Source: Planctomycetota bacterium
GTDB lineage: Bacteria > Planctomycetota > PUPC01 > DSUN01
NCBI GenBank assembly: GCA_035384565.1
Contig: DAOOIT010000021.1
Location: 2,560 to 66,559 of the forward strand
Direction of reading: 5' to 3'
DNA length: 64,000 nt
Under the pieces are notes generated by a model. The model saw nothing but the letters and a program-made list of their open reading frames with translations, was not told the origin of the DNA and made no database searches. Made by a program: the position numbers and the translations under genes. Below, in pieces: positions 9,678 to 19,264 of this stretch; within the stretch, counting starts at the first letter, position 1, and each line of letters begins with the position of its first letter.

Positions 9678-10672
9678 GGGCAAAGAGCTATCTGGCCGCT
9701 GCGCTCCTGGCGTGCTGCGCCGCCCTCCCCGCCCTCGCGGCCGAGCCCGTGAAGATCATCTTCGACACCGACATGGACAGCGATTGCGACGACGCGGCGG
9801 CGCTGGCCCTGCTCCACGCGCTCGCCGACAACGGCGAGGCCGAAATCCTCGCGACGATGTGCTCGGCCACCCACCCGTTCTCGGCCCCCTGCACCGACGC
9901 CATCAACACCTACTATGGCCGGCCCAACCTGCCCATCGGCGTGCCCAAGGGCCCCCCCGCGCACAAGCCCCAGTCGCGCTACGCCCAACGCATCGCCGAG
10001 GAGTTCCCCAACGACGTGCCCCGCGGCGACGCCACGCCCGATGCCACCCGGCTCTACCGCCAGCTCCTCGCCGCCCAGCCCGACCAGAGCGTGGTGATCG
10101 TGACCGTGGGCGACGTGACGAACCTGCGCCACCTCGTCGAATCGCCGCCCGACGCGTTCTCGCCCCTCCCCGGCCGCGACCTCGCCGCGCGCAAGGTGAA
10201 GCACTGGGTCTGCATGGGCAGCCGCTACCCGGCCGACCTCGACCCCGGGCGCTGGGGCAACTTCAAGCCGGACCCCGAATCCACCGTGCGCGCCATCGCC
10301 GCCTGGCCCACGCTCATCACGTTCACGGGCGGCGGCGAATTCGCCGACTCGCTGGCCACGGGCAAGCGCCTGGCCGAGCTGCCGAGGGACAACCCCGTGC
10401 GCCGCGTCTACGAGCTGTACTTCGGGGGCGAGGTGAAGAACCGCCACAGCGCCGACCCCATCGCGGTGCTCGTGGCCGTGCGCGGCACGGGCGCGCCGTG
10501 GAAGCTCGTGACCGAAGGCCACAATCACATCTTCCCCAACGGCACGCATGAGTGGCGCGAGGCCCCGAACAATCCCCTCCACCAGTACATCGCCGCCCTG
10601 GCCGAGGGCTTCGAGGCGCGCAAAGTGGCGGCTGAGATGGAGGCGCTGATGGTCAGGCCACGGCCCCGCTGA
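9665..10672 (+). CDS. Secreted nucleoside hydrolase-like protein (IU-NH family)
   Basis: Signal peptide followed by KIIFDTDMDSDCDDAAALALLHAL, a DXDXXXDD-type motif. The start overlaps a heptamer repeat array. Confidence 0.5.
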   Translation: MMRDRAKSYLAAALLACCAALPALAAEPVKIIFDTDMDSDCDDAAALALLHALADNGEAEILATMCSATHPFSAPCTDAINTYYGRPNLPIGVPKGPPAHKPQSRYAQRIAEEFPNDVPRGDATPDATRLYRQLLAAQPDQSVVIVTVGDVTNLRHLVESPPDAFSPLPGRDLAARKVKHWVCMGSRYPADLDPGRWGNFKPDPESTVRAIAAWPTLITFTGGGEFADSLATGKRLAELPRDNPVRRVYELYFGGEVKNRHSADPIAVLVAVRGTGAPWKLVTEGHNHIFPNGTHEWREAPNNPLHQYIAALAEGFEARKVAAEMEALMVRPRPR

Positions 10673-10699
10673 CACGCGGCGACCGCGCCGCGGCGGGCC

Positions 10700-11524
10700 T
10701 CAGTCCGCCTCCTCATGCGCCGCGTAGAAGGCAGGGTCCTCGGCCCGGATGCGCTCGACGTCGGCCGGGTCGAGGCCCTCGCGCCACTTGTAGTTCGCGC
10801 TCTTCAGGTCGCGCGGCACCGCCTGCTCGAAGGCGGGGGTCCACGTCAGGCCGCAGTGGCCGATGATCCGGCGCAGCGTGGCGACGGGCTCGGCGCAGAG
10901 CTGGCCGTAGCGGACCGAGAGGAAACGGCTGCCGAGGAGCGCCCCGTGGTGCTCGATGGCCTGGGTCGTCACGCGGTACTGGCGGCCGGCCACGAGGGGC
11001 CAGGGCACGTCGCCCATCTGCCGCCACCCGGGGATGTGCATCCCGTACCATTTGCGGCTGCGGTGCATGCGCTTGGAGCGGCGCACCAGGGTCGAGTTCA
11101 CCACGGCCCGCCAGTCGCGCAGGATGTGCACGAAGATCGCGTCGGGGAAGACGGCGTTGAGCCAGCCCATGCGGAGCGAGAAGCGCGGGTACTTGGCCAC
11201 GAAGCGCGGCACGCCGCGCAGCCGCAGCACGGTGGCCGTGAGCCGGCGGTGCCAGGCGATGGCCTCGGGGGTGGCGTGCTCGGGCCCCATGCAGTCGTCG
11301 TCGGTCGTCCAGAAGCGGTCCCACACCACCTGGGCCTCGCGCGGCTTGCGCGGCAGGCCCAGACGCGTCAGCGTCCACGCGATCCGCGGGCAGCGGGGCC
11401 AGCGGCAGTTCCCCAGGTCCAGATACCCCAGCTCCGGGTGGTTGCTCATGATTTCGTAGAGCAGCGTGGTGCCGCTGCGGTGGGGCGCTACGATGAAGAT
11501 CGGGCGGTCAACCTCGCAGGTCAC
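10700..11524 (-). CDS. Sulfotransferase family protein
   Basis: GTG at 11524 with GGAGG upstream. PAPS 5'-phosphosulfate loop IFIVAPHRSGTTLL near the N-terminus. Confidence 0.6.
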   Translation of the reverse strand: MTCEVDRPIFIVAPHRSGTTLLYEIMSNHPELGYLDLGNCRWPRCPRIAWTLTRLGLPRKPREAQVVWDRFWTTDDDCMGPEHATPEAIAWHRRLTATVLRLRGVPRFVAKYPRFSLRMGWLNAVFPDAIFVHILRDWRAVVNSTLVRRSKRMHRSRKWYGMHIPGWRQMGDVPWPLVAGRQYRVTTQAIEHHGALLGSRFLSVRYGQLCAEPVATLRRIIGHCGLTWTPAFEQAVPRDLKSANYKWREGLDPADVERIRAEDPAFYAAHEEAD

Positions 11525-11781
11525 AGGCTCAGCCTCCGATGGCTCGTGGGGCGGGCGGGGCGCTTCGCGGGCGGGTCTCGGGGCCTGCCGGCGTGGGGGG
11601 ATTGTACACGATAGGTTTCCCCCGTTTCAAGTCGCCGCGAGAGGCGGGGGGTGGACCGGAATTGTCGGCAGGGTTGTTCTCTGCGACGCCTGAAGGACTC
11701 GCCTGGGATGGCCCAGGGCAAAGCCTTGATCTCTGCCCACATCCTCGGTGCCAGTAGCCCGCGAACGCGGGCGACCGGGCC

Positions 11782-11960
11782 GTAGCCCAGGGCGACCGAA
11801 GGAAGCCCTGGGACCGGGCGTCCCCGCCCGTCCAAGCCCCCGAAGGGGGCGTTTCACGCCCCTTGAATCGCCCCCCTTCGGGGGCTCTACGCTGCGGGGC
11901 GTTTTCCCAGGGCTCCCTTCGGTCGCCCTGGGCTACGCCCAAACGCCCCCTTCGGGGGCT
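11782..11960. repeat. Nested inverted-repeat / multi-hairpin cluster
   Basis: Perfect 21-bp inverted repeat gtagcccagggcgaccgaagg (11782-11802) with ccttcggtcgccctgggctac (11916-11936). Inner 10-bp inverted repeat agccctggga/tcccagggct. Three GC mini-hairpins: gcccccgaagggggcg (11837), ccccccttcgggggct (11872), gcccccttcgggggct (11945). Confidence 0.6.
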
Positions 11961-12221
11961 GAAGCAGGCTATCGAGAACAGGTGGGCAAGGGTAAGGGCG
12001 TTGGCCTGGTTTTCCCATTTCGCTTCTTCGGAGCTCCCGCAGCCACCTGCAATTCCGGCCCGCACCCCGAGAGGCGCCCGTGCGCCGACCGCCGGGCCTT
12101 TACCGCGTGGGGCCGATCTGCTATTCTCTGGGGCCGCCGGCGGCGGTGGCCGGCGGCGGGGAGCGCCGGCGGAGGGCCGGAGGCCGGCCAGTCATGCACG
12201 GGGAGGGGGCGGGGGAAGCCC

Positions 12222-13757
12222 GTGCGGGACCGAGCCCTCACAGTGCGCTCGCTGAGCGTCGGGCTGGCTGCGGCCGTGGCGCTGGGCCTTGGCGCGCCGT
12301 ACGTCGAGCTGGCGCTCCGCGGCCAGGCCATGGCGGCCAACTACTACCCCGTGGGCCTGGGGATCGTGTTCCTCGCCGTGGTGCTGGGCGTCAACGTGGC
12401 GCTCAAGGCGCTGCGGCGCTCGTGGGCGCTGGGCGAGGGCGAGCTGGCCCTCGTGTTCGCGATGGCCGCCGTGGCGGCGACGCTGCCCACGCAGGGCACG
12501 GCGGGCTACCTGTTGAGCGCGATCAGCGGCCCCCACTACTTCGCCAGCCCCGAGAACCGCTGGGCCGACGTGTTGCTGCCGCACCTGCGGCGCTGGGCGG
12601 TGGTGGACGATGCGCCGGCGCTGCGCTGGTTCTACGAGGGGCTGCCGCGGGGCGAGAGCGTGCCGTGGGGCGCGTGGGCCGTGCCGCTGGCGTGGTGGGG
12701 GGCCTTCGTGGGCGCCGGGCTGTTCGCCTGTCTGTGCCTGGTTTCAATCTTCCGCCGCCAGTGGGTGGAGCACGAGCGTCTGGCCTACCCGCTCGCGGCG
12801 ATGACCCTCGAGCTCGTCCGCGGCGCCGGCGAGCGCCCGCTCGCGCCCCGCGTCGCGCGCTCGGGCCTCTTCTGGGCGGGCTTCGCGGTGCCGTTCGCGC
12901 TGCTGGGCTGGAACACGCTGGGCTACTTCGCGCCGGGCCTGCCGCCGATCCCCGGCGAGCTGCCGCCGCTGGCCCTGGCCCCCGGCTTTCCGCCGCTGCC
13001 CCTGGTCTTCTACTGGCCCATGCTGTGCGTTGCGTTCTTCCTGCGGCGCGAGGTGTCGCTGAGCCTCTGGGTGTTCGTGGTGCTGGGCGTGCTCGAGGAG
13101 GGGGCGTTCGCGCGTCTGGGCTACTCGGTGCGCAGCGCGGCGGGGGTGAAGTACCTCGACGCCGCCGAGCCGGCCCTGGCCTGGCAGAGCTACGGCGCGA
13201 TGGCGGCCCTGGTGGCCACGTGCGTGTGGGTGGGCCGCCGTCACCTGGCCGCCGTGTTGCGCCAGGCGCTCTGGCCTGGCCGCAGGCAGCAATCCGCTGC
13301 CCGGAATCCGCAAGCCGCAATGGACCCAGACGATCTCCTTTCCCCCCGCACGGCGGTGGTGGGCTTGGTGGCGGCCGTGGCGTTCATGGCCGCCTGGCTG
13401 GTGCGCCTGGGCCTGGGGCCGGGCACGGCGCTGTTGTTCCTGTTCGCGGCGTTCGTGGGGTTCGTGGGCATCTCGCGGCTCGTGGTGGAGGGCGGGCTGG
13501 TGTTCATCCGCCCAGCCCTCACACCGCAGTCGGCCACGGCCGCGCTGCTGGGCAACTCGGCCCTGGGCGCCACGCAACTGGCGGCGCTGGGCCTCTCGAT
13601 GGCCTGGGTGGCCGACCCGATCAACGCCTTCATGCCCGCCGCGGCCAACGCGGCGCGGGTGGGGCGCTGGGGCCGCGCGAGCGGCCGCCAGATCGCCGCC
13701 GCCATGGGCCTCGCGGCCGGCGTCGCCCTGCTGGCCACGGTGCCCTTCACGCTCTAG
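12222..13757 (+). CDS. Large polytopic membrane protein, N-terminal segment ending at an in-frame TAG
   Basis: At least 10 hydrophobic helices, GC3-rich codon usage. The start is uncertain: GTG at 12222, with an ATG at 12330 as alternative. The same frame continues as membrane-protein-like sequence after the TAG at 13755-13757. Confidence 0.45.
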   Translation: MRDRALTVRSLSVGLAAAVALGLGAPYVELALRGQAMAANYYPVGLGIVFLAVVLGVNVALKALRRSWALGEGELALVFAMAAVAATLPTQGTAGYLLSAISGPHYFASPENRWADVLLPHLRRWAVVDDAPALRWFYEGLPRGESVPWGAWAVPLAWWGAFVGAGLFACLCLVSIFRRQWVEHERLAYPLAAMTLELVRGAGERPLAPRVARSGLFWAGFAVPFALLGWNTLGYFAPGLPPIPGELPPLALAPGFPPLPLVFYWPMLCVAFFLRREVSLSLWVFVVLGVLEEGAFARLGYSVRSAAGVKYLDAAEPALAWQSYGAMAALVATCVWVGRRHLAAVLRQALWPGRRQQSAARNPQAAMDPDDLLSPRTAVVGLVAAVAFMAAWLVRLGLGPGTALLFLFAAFVGFVGISRLVVEGGLVFIRPALTPQSATAALLGNSALGATQLAALGLSMAWVADPINAFMPAAANAARVGRWGRASGRQIAAAMGLAAGVALLATVPFTL

Positions 13758-13835
13758 CTGTGCTACCAGCGCGGGGCCTACACGACGGGCACGTGGCTCT
13801 TCCGGGTCGCGCCGCGCCTGCCCTATGAGTTCGCG

Positions 13836-14192
13836 GTGGACGCGATTCGCTCGCGGCCGGGCCTCGAGTGGCCCAAGCTGGCCTGGGGCGCCGTGGGCGG
13901 GGCCGAGATGCTCGTGCTCACGGCGCTCTACCACCGCCTGAGCTGGTGGCCCCTGCACCCGCTGGGCCTCGTGGCGGGCGTGGTGTTCCAGGTGCGGTGG
14001 AGCTTTCTGCCGCTGTTCGCGGGCTGGCTGTGCAAGGAGGCGGTGCTGCGTCTCGGCGGCCTGGCCGCCTTCGACCGGGCCAAGCCGTTCTTCCTCGGGA
14101 CGATGGCCGGCTGGTTCGCGGGGGCCGGCCTGTCGGCGCTCGTGGATGCGATCTGGTTCTTCGGCCACGGGCATGCGATTTATGGGCATTGA
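13836..14192 (+). CDS. Membrane-protein C-terminal segment, same frame as the preceding ORF (or a separate 118-aa gene from GTG at 13836)
   Basis: TM-like sequence LVLTALYHRLSWWPLHPLGLVAGVVFQV... The 26 codons between the TAG and 13836 are GC3-rich and protein-like, so one interrupted gene is more likely than two. Confidence 0.35.
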   Translation: MDAIRSRPGLEWPKLAWGAVGGAEMLVLTALYHRLSWWPLHPLGLVAGVVFQVRWSFLPLFAGWLCKEAVLRLGGLAAFDRAKPFFLGTMAGWFAGAGLSALVDAIWFFGHGHAIYGH

Positions 14193-14197
14193 GCGGG

Positions 14198-14230
14198 AAA
14201 CTCCCGCGGGTTCGCAACCCGCGGGAGGCT
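14198..14230. repeat. REP-like GC hairpin, copy 1 (ctcccgcggg..cccgcgggag)
   Basis: Perfect stem flanking ttcgcaa loop, 6 nt after the stop at 14192. Member of a 7-copy family. Confidence 0.6.
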
Positions 14231-14529
14231 GCTGGGCGCCCGAGCGTGGTTCCGGCCACTGCAACCTGGTTCGCGGCCGGAGTAGTGAGCTGCAAAGTTA
14301 CATACGCCCCCGGGGCGCGCAGAAGTGGTAGAGTCTGGCGAGTCTGTGCGAGACTGAGCCGGACGGTCGAGAATCGGCGATTCTCGAGTCCGGAGGGCGG
14401 CGAGTGTGGGTTTCTCCGAGCCGGATGGCCGAGAATGGCCAAACGGGGAGCCGGGTGGAACCGAATCGAGAGCGCGGCGTCTAACATCCAGTGCAATTGT
14501 GGCCCTCTCACGCGGGAAGGAGTCCTCTG

Positions 14530-16626
14530 ATGAAGTGGCTTGCCTGGCTTCTGGCGTTCGCGGTGTGCGTGCCGACGCTCTTCGCCGCCGAGGCGACGGT
14601 GCCCGTGACCAAGGTGACCGCCTTCAGTTCGGGCGTGGCCTACTTCGAGCACAACGGCAAGGTGACAGGGAACGCCGACGTGTCGCTGAAGTTCAAGACC
14701 GACGGCATGAGCGACATGCTCAAGTCATTGGTAGTGCTCGACTTGGGCGACGGGACGGTGAGCAGCGTGAACTACGCCTCCAGCGAGCCGCTCACGCGCG
14801 CCCTGAAGAGCTTCGGCATAGACATTTCGGCCGCGCCCACCCTCGGCCAGCTCCTTCAGCAGGTGCGCGGGGCCGAAGTGGCCATCGCAGCCCCCGAGAA
14901 GATCTCGGGCAAGATCCTCGGCGTCGAGGTCAAGACCCGCCATATCCAACCCTCCAACACGATCATCCAGGAGGAACTTCTGAGCCTGCTGACCCCCGAA
15001 GGGATGAAGACCATTCCGCTCGAAAGCGTTCGCAGCATTGCACTTACGAACGAGAAGCTGAACTCCGAGCTGAACAAGGCCCTCGCCCTCCTCGTCGAGA
15101 GCCGCGACACCGAGAGCAAGAGTGTGCAGATCAACTTCGTCGGCCAGGGCGAGCGACCCGTCCGCATCGGTTACATCACCGAGGCCCCCGTGTGGAAGAC
15201 CAGCTATCGCCTGGTCTTGAGCGACGAGAAGAAGGAGGAAGCGACGCTCCAGGGCTGGGCCATCGTGGAGAACACCAGCGACTACGACTGGGAGAACGTG
15301 GACCTCACGCTCGTCTCGGGCCGCCCGATCTCTTTCGTTGAGGACCTCTACACTCCCCTCTACCTCGACCGCCCAGTCGTGCAGACCGAGCGCTACGCCA
15401 GCCTCCGCCCCCGCACGTATGAGGATGGTATCAAAGCAGACAGGAACATCCTGGCCCTCGAGGCCGACGCGGAGGGCGGCGGCCTTGGCGGGCCCATGGC
15501 CGATGCCAAGGGTGAGATGCGTAAGGCGGCCACCAGCAACAGGTTGCGGCAGAACCGCGCCCTGGCCGCCGCCCCCGGCGCGCCGCCCGCCGCCAAGGCG
15601 ATGGAGCAGCTCGAACGCGCCGCCGCCGAGGCCCTCGACCGCGGCGTCTCCGCCGTCGCCACTGCGCAGGCGGTAGGCGAGCTGTTCTCCTACCACATCA
15701 AGACCCCCGTCACGCTCCCCCGTCGCAAATCGGCCATGCTCCCCATCGTCAATCAGGCCGTAAAGGCCAGAAAAATCAGCATTTACAACCCTGGCTCCCT
15801 CCCAACCAACCCCCTCAACGGCGTGTGGCTCACCAATTCCACCCCCTCCAGCCTGCTGGCCGGCCCCGTAACCGTTTTCGAGGGAGGCACTTACGCCGGC
15901 GACGCCCAGATTGGCAACTTCCCCCCGGGTGACAAGCGCCTCCTCAGCTTCGCCGTAGATCTCAAGGTCACCGTGGACCCCTCGGGCAACACCACGCAGC
16001 ACCTCGCCGCCGCCAAGATCGTCCGCGGCGTGCTCACCATCAGCCACCGCACTGAGTTCGTGCAAGCGTATCTCGTGAAGAACAAGGCCGTTGCAGAGCG
16101 CGTCGTCCTCATCGAGCACCCCTTCCACGCCGACCGCAAGCTGGTCGAGCCCGCCGAACCGCTCGAGAAGACCCCCGCCTTCTATCGCTTCGAGGTCAAG
16201 GTGCCCGCCGAGAAGACCGGCAAGTTCGAGGTCAAGGAGGAACGCACCGACACGCAGGCCATCGGCATCATGCCGTGCGACATCGGCCAGCTTCAGGCCT
16301 ACGCCACCAACGGCCAGATCCCCGAGAAGGTCCGCACCGCCCTCGCCGAGGCTATCAAGCGCAAGAACGCCCTCGCCACCGCCGAACGCGAGTTGAACGA
16401 GCTCCAGCAGCGCATCGCAAACCTCCGCCGCGAGCAGAAGGACATTCGCGATAACATGGCCGCCCTCGACCGCAAGTCCCAGGGCTACGAGCGCTTCGAG
16501 AAGAAGCTGCTCGACTCCGAGACCCAGATCGAAGCCCTTCAGAAGCAGCTCGACGACAAGCGCGACGGCGTCACGAAGCTCCGCAAGGACCTCGAGGATT
16601 ACCTCGGCCAGCTCAACGTCGAGTGA
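14530..16626 (+). CDS. DUF4139/DUF4140-like secreted protein (mucoidy-inhibitor-A-like family) with C-terminal coiled coil
   Basis: ATG at 14530 with GGAAGGAG upstream; signal peptide. Family-like N-terminal region (VTKVTAFSSGVAYFEHNGKV, WENVDLTLVSGRPISF). The C-terminal ~120 aa are heptad-rich (ELNELQQRIANLRREQKDIRDNMAALDRK...). Confidence 0.5.
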   Translation: MKWLAWLLAFAVCVPTLFAAEATVPVTKVTAFSSGVAYFEHNGKVTGNADVSLKFKTDGMSDMLKSLVVLDLGDGTVSSVNYASSEPLTRALKSFGIDISAAPTLGQLLQQVRGAEVAIAAPEKISGKILGVEVKTRHIQPSNTIIQEELLSLLTPEGMKTIPLESVRSIALTNEKLNSELNKALALLVESRDTESKSVQINFVGQGERPVRIGYITEAPVWKTSYRLVLSDEKKEEATLQGWAIVENTSDYDWENVDLTLVSGRPISFVEDLYTPLYLDRPVVQTERYASLRPRTYEDGIKADRNILALEADAEGGGLGGPMADAKGEMRKAATSNRLRQNRALAAAPGAPPAAKAMEQLERAAAEALDRGVSAVATAQAVGELFSYHIKTPVTLPRRKSAMLPIVNQAVKARKISIYNPGSLPTNPLNGVWLTNSTPSSLLAGPVTVFEGGTYAGDAQIGNFPPGDKRLLSFAVDLKVTVDPSGNTTQHLAAAKIVRGVLTISHRTEFVQAYLVKNKAVAERVVLIEHPFHADRKLVEPAEPLEKTPAFYRFEVKVPAEKTGKFEVKEERTDTQAIGIMPCDIGQLQAYATNGQIPEKVRTALAEAIKRKNALATAERELNELQQRIANLRREQKDIRDNMAALDRKSQGYERFEKKLLDSETQIEALQKQLDDKRDGVTKLRKDLEDYLGQLNVE

Positions 16627-16832
16627 GCGGCCCCCGACCCACGCGGCCATCACCCCGAAGGGGCGGCGCCCCGCGTCGCCCCTTTGCCATGCCCCGTGTC
16701 ACCCATCTCACCCTCCGACTCGTCCCACGCGTCGGACCGGTTGGACGAGTGCGGCAGCCCATTTCCCCATTCGCCCTTGATCCCCTGCCCGTCGCCCGCT
16801 ACGATGGGTGCCGAACCAGGAGAGCCCACACC

Positions 16833-18746
16833 GTGCGCCCCCTCCGCCCCCTCGCCCTCCTTGCCGCCCTGGCCGCCGCCTCCGCGCAGGCCGAGGATGC
16901 CTCGCTCCTCCTCTGGAACGGCAACCCCGCGGGGCCGCACCTGGACATCATCAGGGATGAGCCAGCCCGCGAACTCAAGCCGATCCGCATCGTGGGCACG
17001 CGCAACGGCCGCTTCTCGGGCAAACTGGTCGTGTGCGCCAACGGGCCGCTCAAGAACGTCGCGGCGAAGATCACCGAACTCAAGTCCCCCGACGGCAAGT
17101 CCATCATCCCTGCCTCGTGCATCCAGGTGCGCCTGGCCACCGGCTGGATCAAGAGCGGCTGGAACGTGCAGCCCAAGGCCGGCAGCACGTTCGACGTACT
17201 CAATGAGGCGCCCTCCCTCGCCGAGGTCGCGCCCATCGTGGCCACCGACCGCTACCACTGGGAGAAGTACCACACCTGGGTGAAGACCGGCCGCAGCTAC
17301 GTGCCCGTGTGGGTCACTGTGGCCGTGCCGCCCGACGCCGTCCCAGGCGAGTACTCCGGCACGCTCGCCGTGCGGGCGGGCGAGGCGTCGCGCGACGTGC
17401 CCGTCTCGCTCGCCGTCCACGCCTGGGCGTTGCCCGACACGAAAGACTACCGCACGTGGATCGAGGCCATCCAGTCGCCCGACACTCTGGCCCTCGAATA
17501 CGGGGTGCCTCTCTGGTCCGAGAAGCACTGGCAGCTCATCGAGCAGTCGCTCCGCCTCGCCGCCCAACTCGGCAACAGGAGCGTCTACTTCCCGCTCCTG
17601 TGCGAATCGAACCTCGGCAACGCCGAATCCGCGGTCCGCTGGATCAAGCGCCCCGACGGCGGCTACACGCACGATTTCAGCATCGTCGAGCGCTATCTCG
17701 ACCTCCAGACCCGCCTCCAGGGCAAGCCCCGCGTCGTGTGCTTCGTGGTGTGGGACACCTTTCTCGAGGGCGGCCAGTTCGACGGCGACATCAAGTTCGA
17801 ATCAAAGGAATCGCGCGAGGAGCGTCTCGCCTATCGCGGCAAGGGGCCGGAGGTCACGCTCCTCGACCCCGCATCGGGCAAGACCGAGAAGCACCTGCTG
17901 CCCCCGCACAGCGACCCCGCGGGCGCGGCCCTGTGGGCGCCGTTGCTCAAGAGCCTGCCCGAACTCCTCGCGAAACGCGGCCTCGCGGACGCCCTCTTTT
18001 TCGGCATCGCCAACGACAGCGTGCCGCACGCGGCCACGCTCGACCTCGTGAACCGCAACGTGCCCGACGCGAAGTGGGTCATCCACGCCCACAGCTTCTA
18101 CGGCGGCAAGGACAAGAAGGCGAACTTCCAATACGCGGCCTTCGTGTGGGGCGTGCGCGGCTTCTGCTCGGGCGAGAAGGGCTGGGAGAACCCCTTCCTG
18201 CTCGCCCAGTTCCTCCGCAACATGCGCGACCACTATCCCCTCACCACCTATCGCCTGGCCCCCGAGGTCAACATCACCGGCGGCCAGCGCGGCGTGGGGC
18301 GCATCGGCCTCGACAGTTGGCCCGTCCTCAAGAACGTCCGCGGCGTGCGGGCCACGCGCGTCACCGAGCGTTACCCCAAGGCATCGTGGCGCAACCTCAA
18401 CATCACCGACGCCCTCCTCGCCCCCGGCCCCGACGGCCCGCTCGGCACCGCGCGCTTCGAGATGCTCCGCGAGGGCGTCCAGGAGTGCGAGGCCCGCATC
18501 TTCATTCAGACGGCCCTCGACCGCGGCAAGCTCCCCGCCGCCCTGGCCGACGAATGCCGCGCCGTGCTGGCCGACCGCGACGCCTTCCTCAAGAAGGCGG
18601 CCATTGTCCAGGGCACCGGCCGTCCCTGGTTCGCCGACGCGACGCCCACCGAAGAAGCCTATCTCGGCTATGTCGAGGGGTGGCAAGAGCATTCGGCGCG
18701 CCTCTACCGCACAGCCGAGGAGGTGGCGGGGCCGTACGTTAGGTGA
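16833..18746 (+). CDS. Secreted hypothetical protein (~637 aa), possible glycoside-hydrolase-like fold
   Basis: GTG at 16833 with AGGAGA upstream; signal peptide VRPLRPLALLAALAAASAQA. No confident family assignment from sequence alone. Confidence 0.4.
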   Translation: MRPLRPLALLAALAAASAQAEDASLLLWNGNPAGPHLDIIRDEPARELKPIRIVGTRNGRFSGKLVVCANGPLKNVAAKITELKSPDGKSIIPASCIQVRLATGWIKSGWNVQPKAGSTFDVLNEAPSLAEVAPIVATDRYHWEKYHTWVKTGRSYVPVWVTVAVPPDAVPGEYSGTLAVRAGEASRDVPVSLAVHAWALPDTKDYRTWIEAIQSPDTLALEYGVPLWSEKHWQLIEQSLRLAAQLGNRSVYFPLLCESNLGNAESAVRWIKRPDGGYTHDFSIVERYLDLQTRLQGKPRVVCFVVWDTFLEGGQFDGDIKFESKESREERLAYRGKGPEVTLLDPASGKTEKHLLPPHSDPAGAALWAPLLKSLPELLAKRGLADALFFGIANDSVPHAATLDLVNRNVPDAKWVIHAHSFYGGKDKKANFQYAAFVWGVRGFCSGEKGWENPFLLAQFLRNMRDHYPLTTYRLAPEVNITGGQRGVGRIGLDSWPVLKNVRGVRATRVTERYPKASWRNLNITDALLAPGPDGPLGTARFEMLREGVQECEARIFIQTALDRGKLPAALADECRAVLADRDAFLKKAAIVQGTGRPWFADATPTEEAYLGYVEGWQEHSARLYRTAEEVAGPYVR

Positions 18747-18810
18747 GGCCTGGAGCGAATGGCAAGTGGGGCCCGGGAGCTAGACTGCTTCCCGACGCCG
18801 GGGGAACCCG

Positions 18811-18942
18811 AGTTTAGTTCCGGGGCCACCTTTAGTTTAGTTCCGGAGTTCCGGGTGCGGGAGTTCCGGGGCCACCTTACTCAATTCTTGTCGAAGTTCT
18901 GGTTTCGAAGTTCTGGAGTTCTGGGGCCACCTTACTCAATTC
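18811..18942. repeat. Degenerate tandem repeats (two ~55-bp units plus a partial unit) built from octamer AGTTCYGG and GGCCACCTT(ACTCAATTC)
   Basis: Units 18834-18887 and 18888-18942 both end in ggggccaccttactcaattc. AGTTCCGG/AGTTCTGG occurs 8 times. Confidence 0.55.
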
Positions 18943-18948
18943 GCGCTC

Positions 18949-19006
18949 GTAGTGCGGGCTTCAGCCCGTGTCTGGACCACAGGGTACGGCCTGAAGGCCG
19001 CACTAC
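18949..19006. repeat. Palindromic element, family 3 (GTAGTGCGGGCTTCAGCCCGT ... GGCCTGAAGGCCGCACTAC), intergenic copy
   Basis: Terminal inverted repeats match at 17/19 positions. A second copy lies inside the E2 coding sequence at 24873-24916. Confidence 0.55.
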
Positions 19007-19060
19007 AAGCCGGGTGCCTCCGCTCGCGCGTTGCGGCAGCGAAACTGGGAGCGCTGTCAC

Positions 19061-19264
19061 TCAGCCTTTGCCGAACAGCGTGACCAGCGGCCGCACCGAG
19101 GCCACGACGGCGATGGCCGCATACCAGTACCAGTCGAGACCCAACAGGCCAGGCCAGAGCTTGGCGACCATGAGGGCGAAGGCCATCGCGGCAATCTTCG
19201 TGCACGCAATGTCGGGCCAGGTCATCTTCTTGATCTTCGCGTTGGCCCATGTGAAGTAACCCAT
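19061..19264 (-). CDS. Small membrane protein (67 aa), DUF378-like
   Basis: ATG at 19264 with GGAAGGGAGAAG upstream. MGYFTWANAKIKKMTWPDIACTKIAAMAFALMVAKLWPGLLGLDWYWYAAIAVVASV... Confidence 0.4.
   Translation of the reverse strand: MGYFTWANAKIKKMTWPDIACTKIAAMAFALMVAKLWPGLLGLDWYWYAAIAVVASVRPLVTLFGKG

Noticed and set aside
13836-14192. Independent 118-aa gene starting at GTG 13836
   Set aside because: It is in the same frame as the upstream membrane-protein ORF, with coding-like GC3-rich codons bridging the TAG and no RBS, so a single interrupted gene is more parsimonious. It is kept as a low-confidence alternative.
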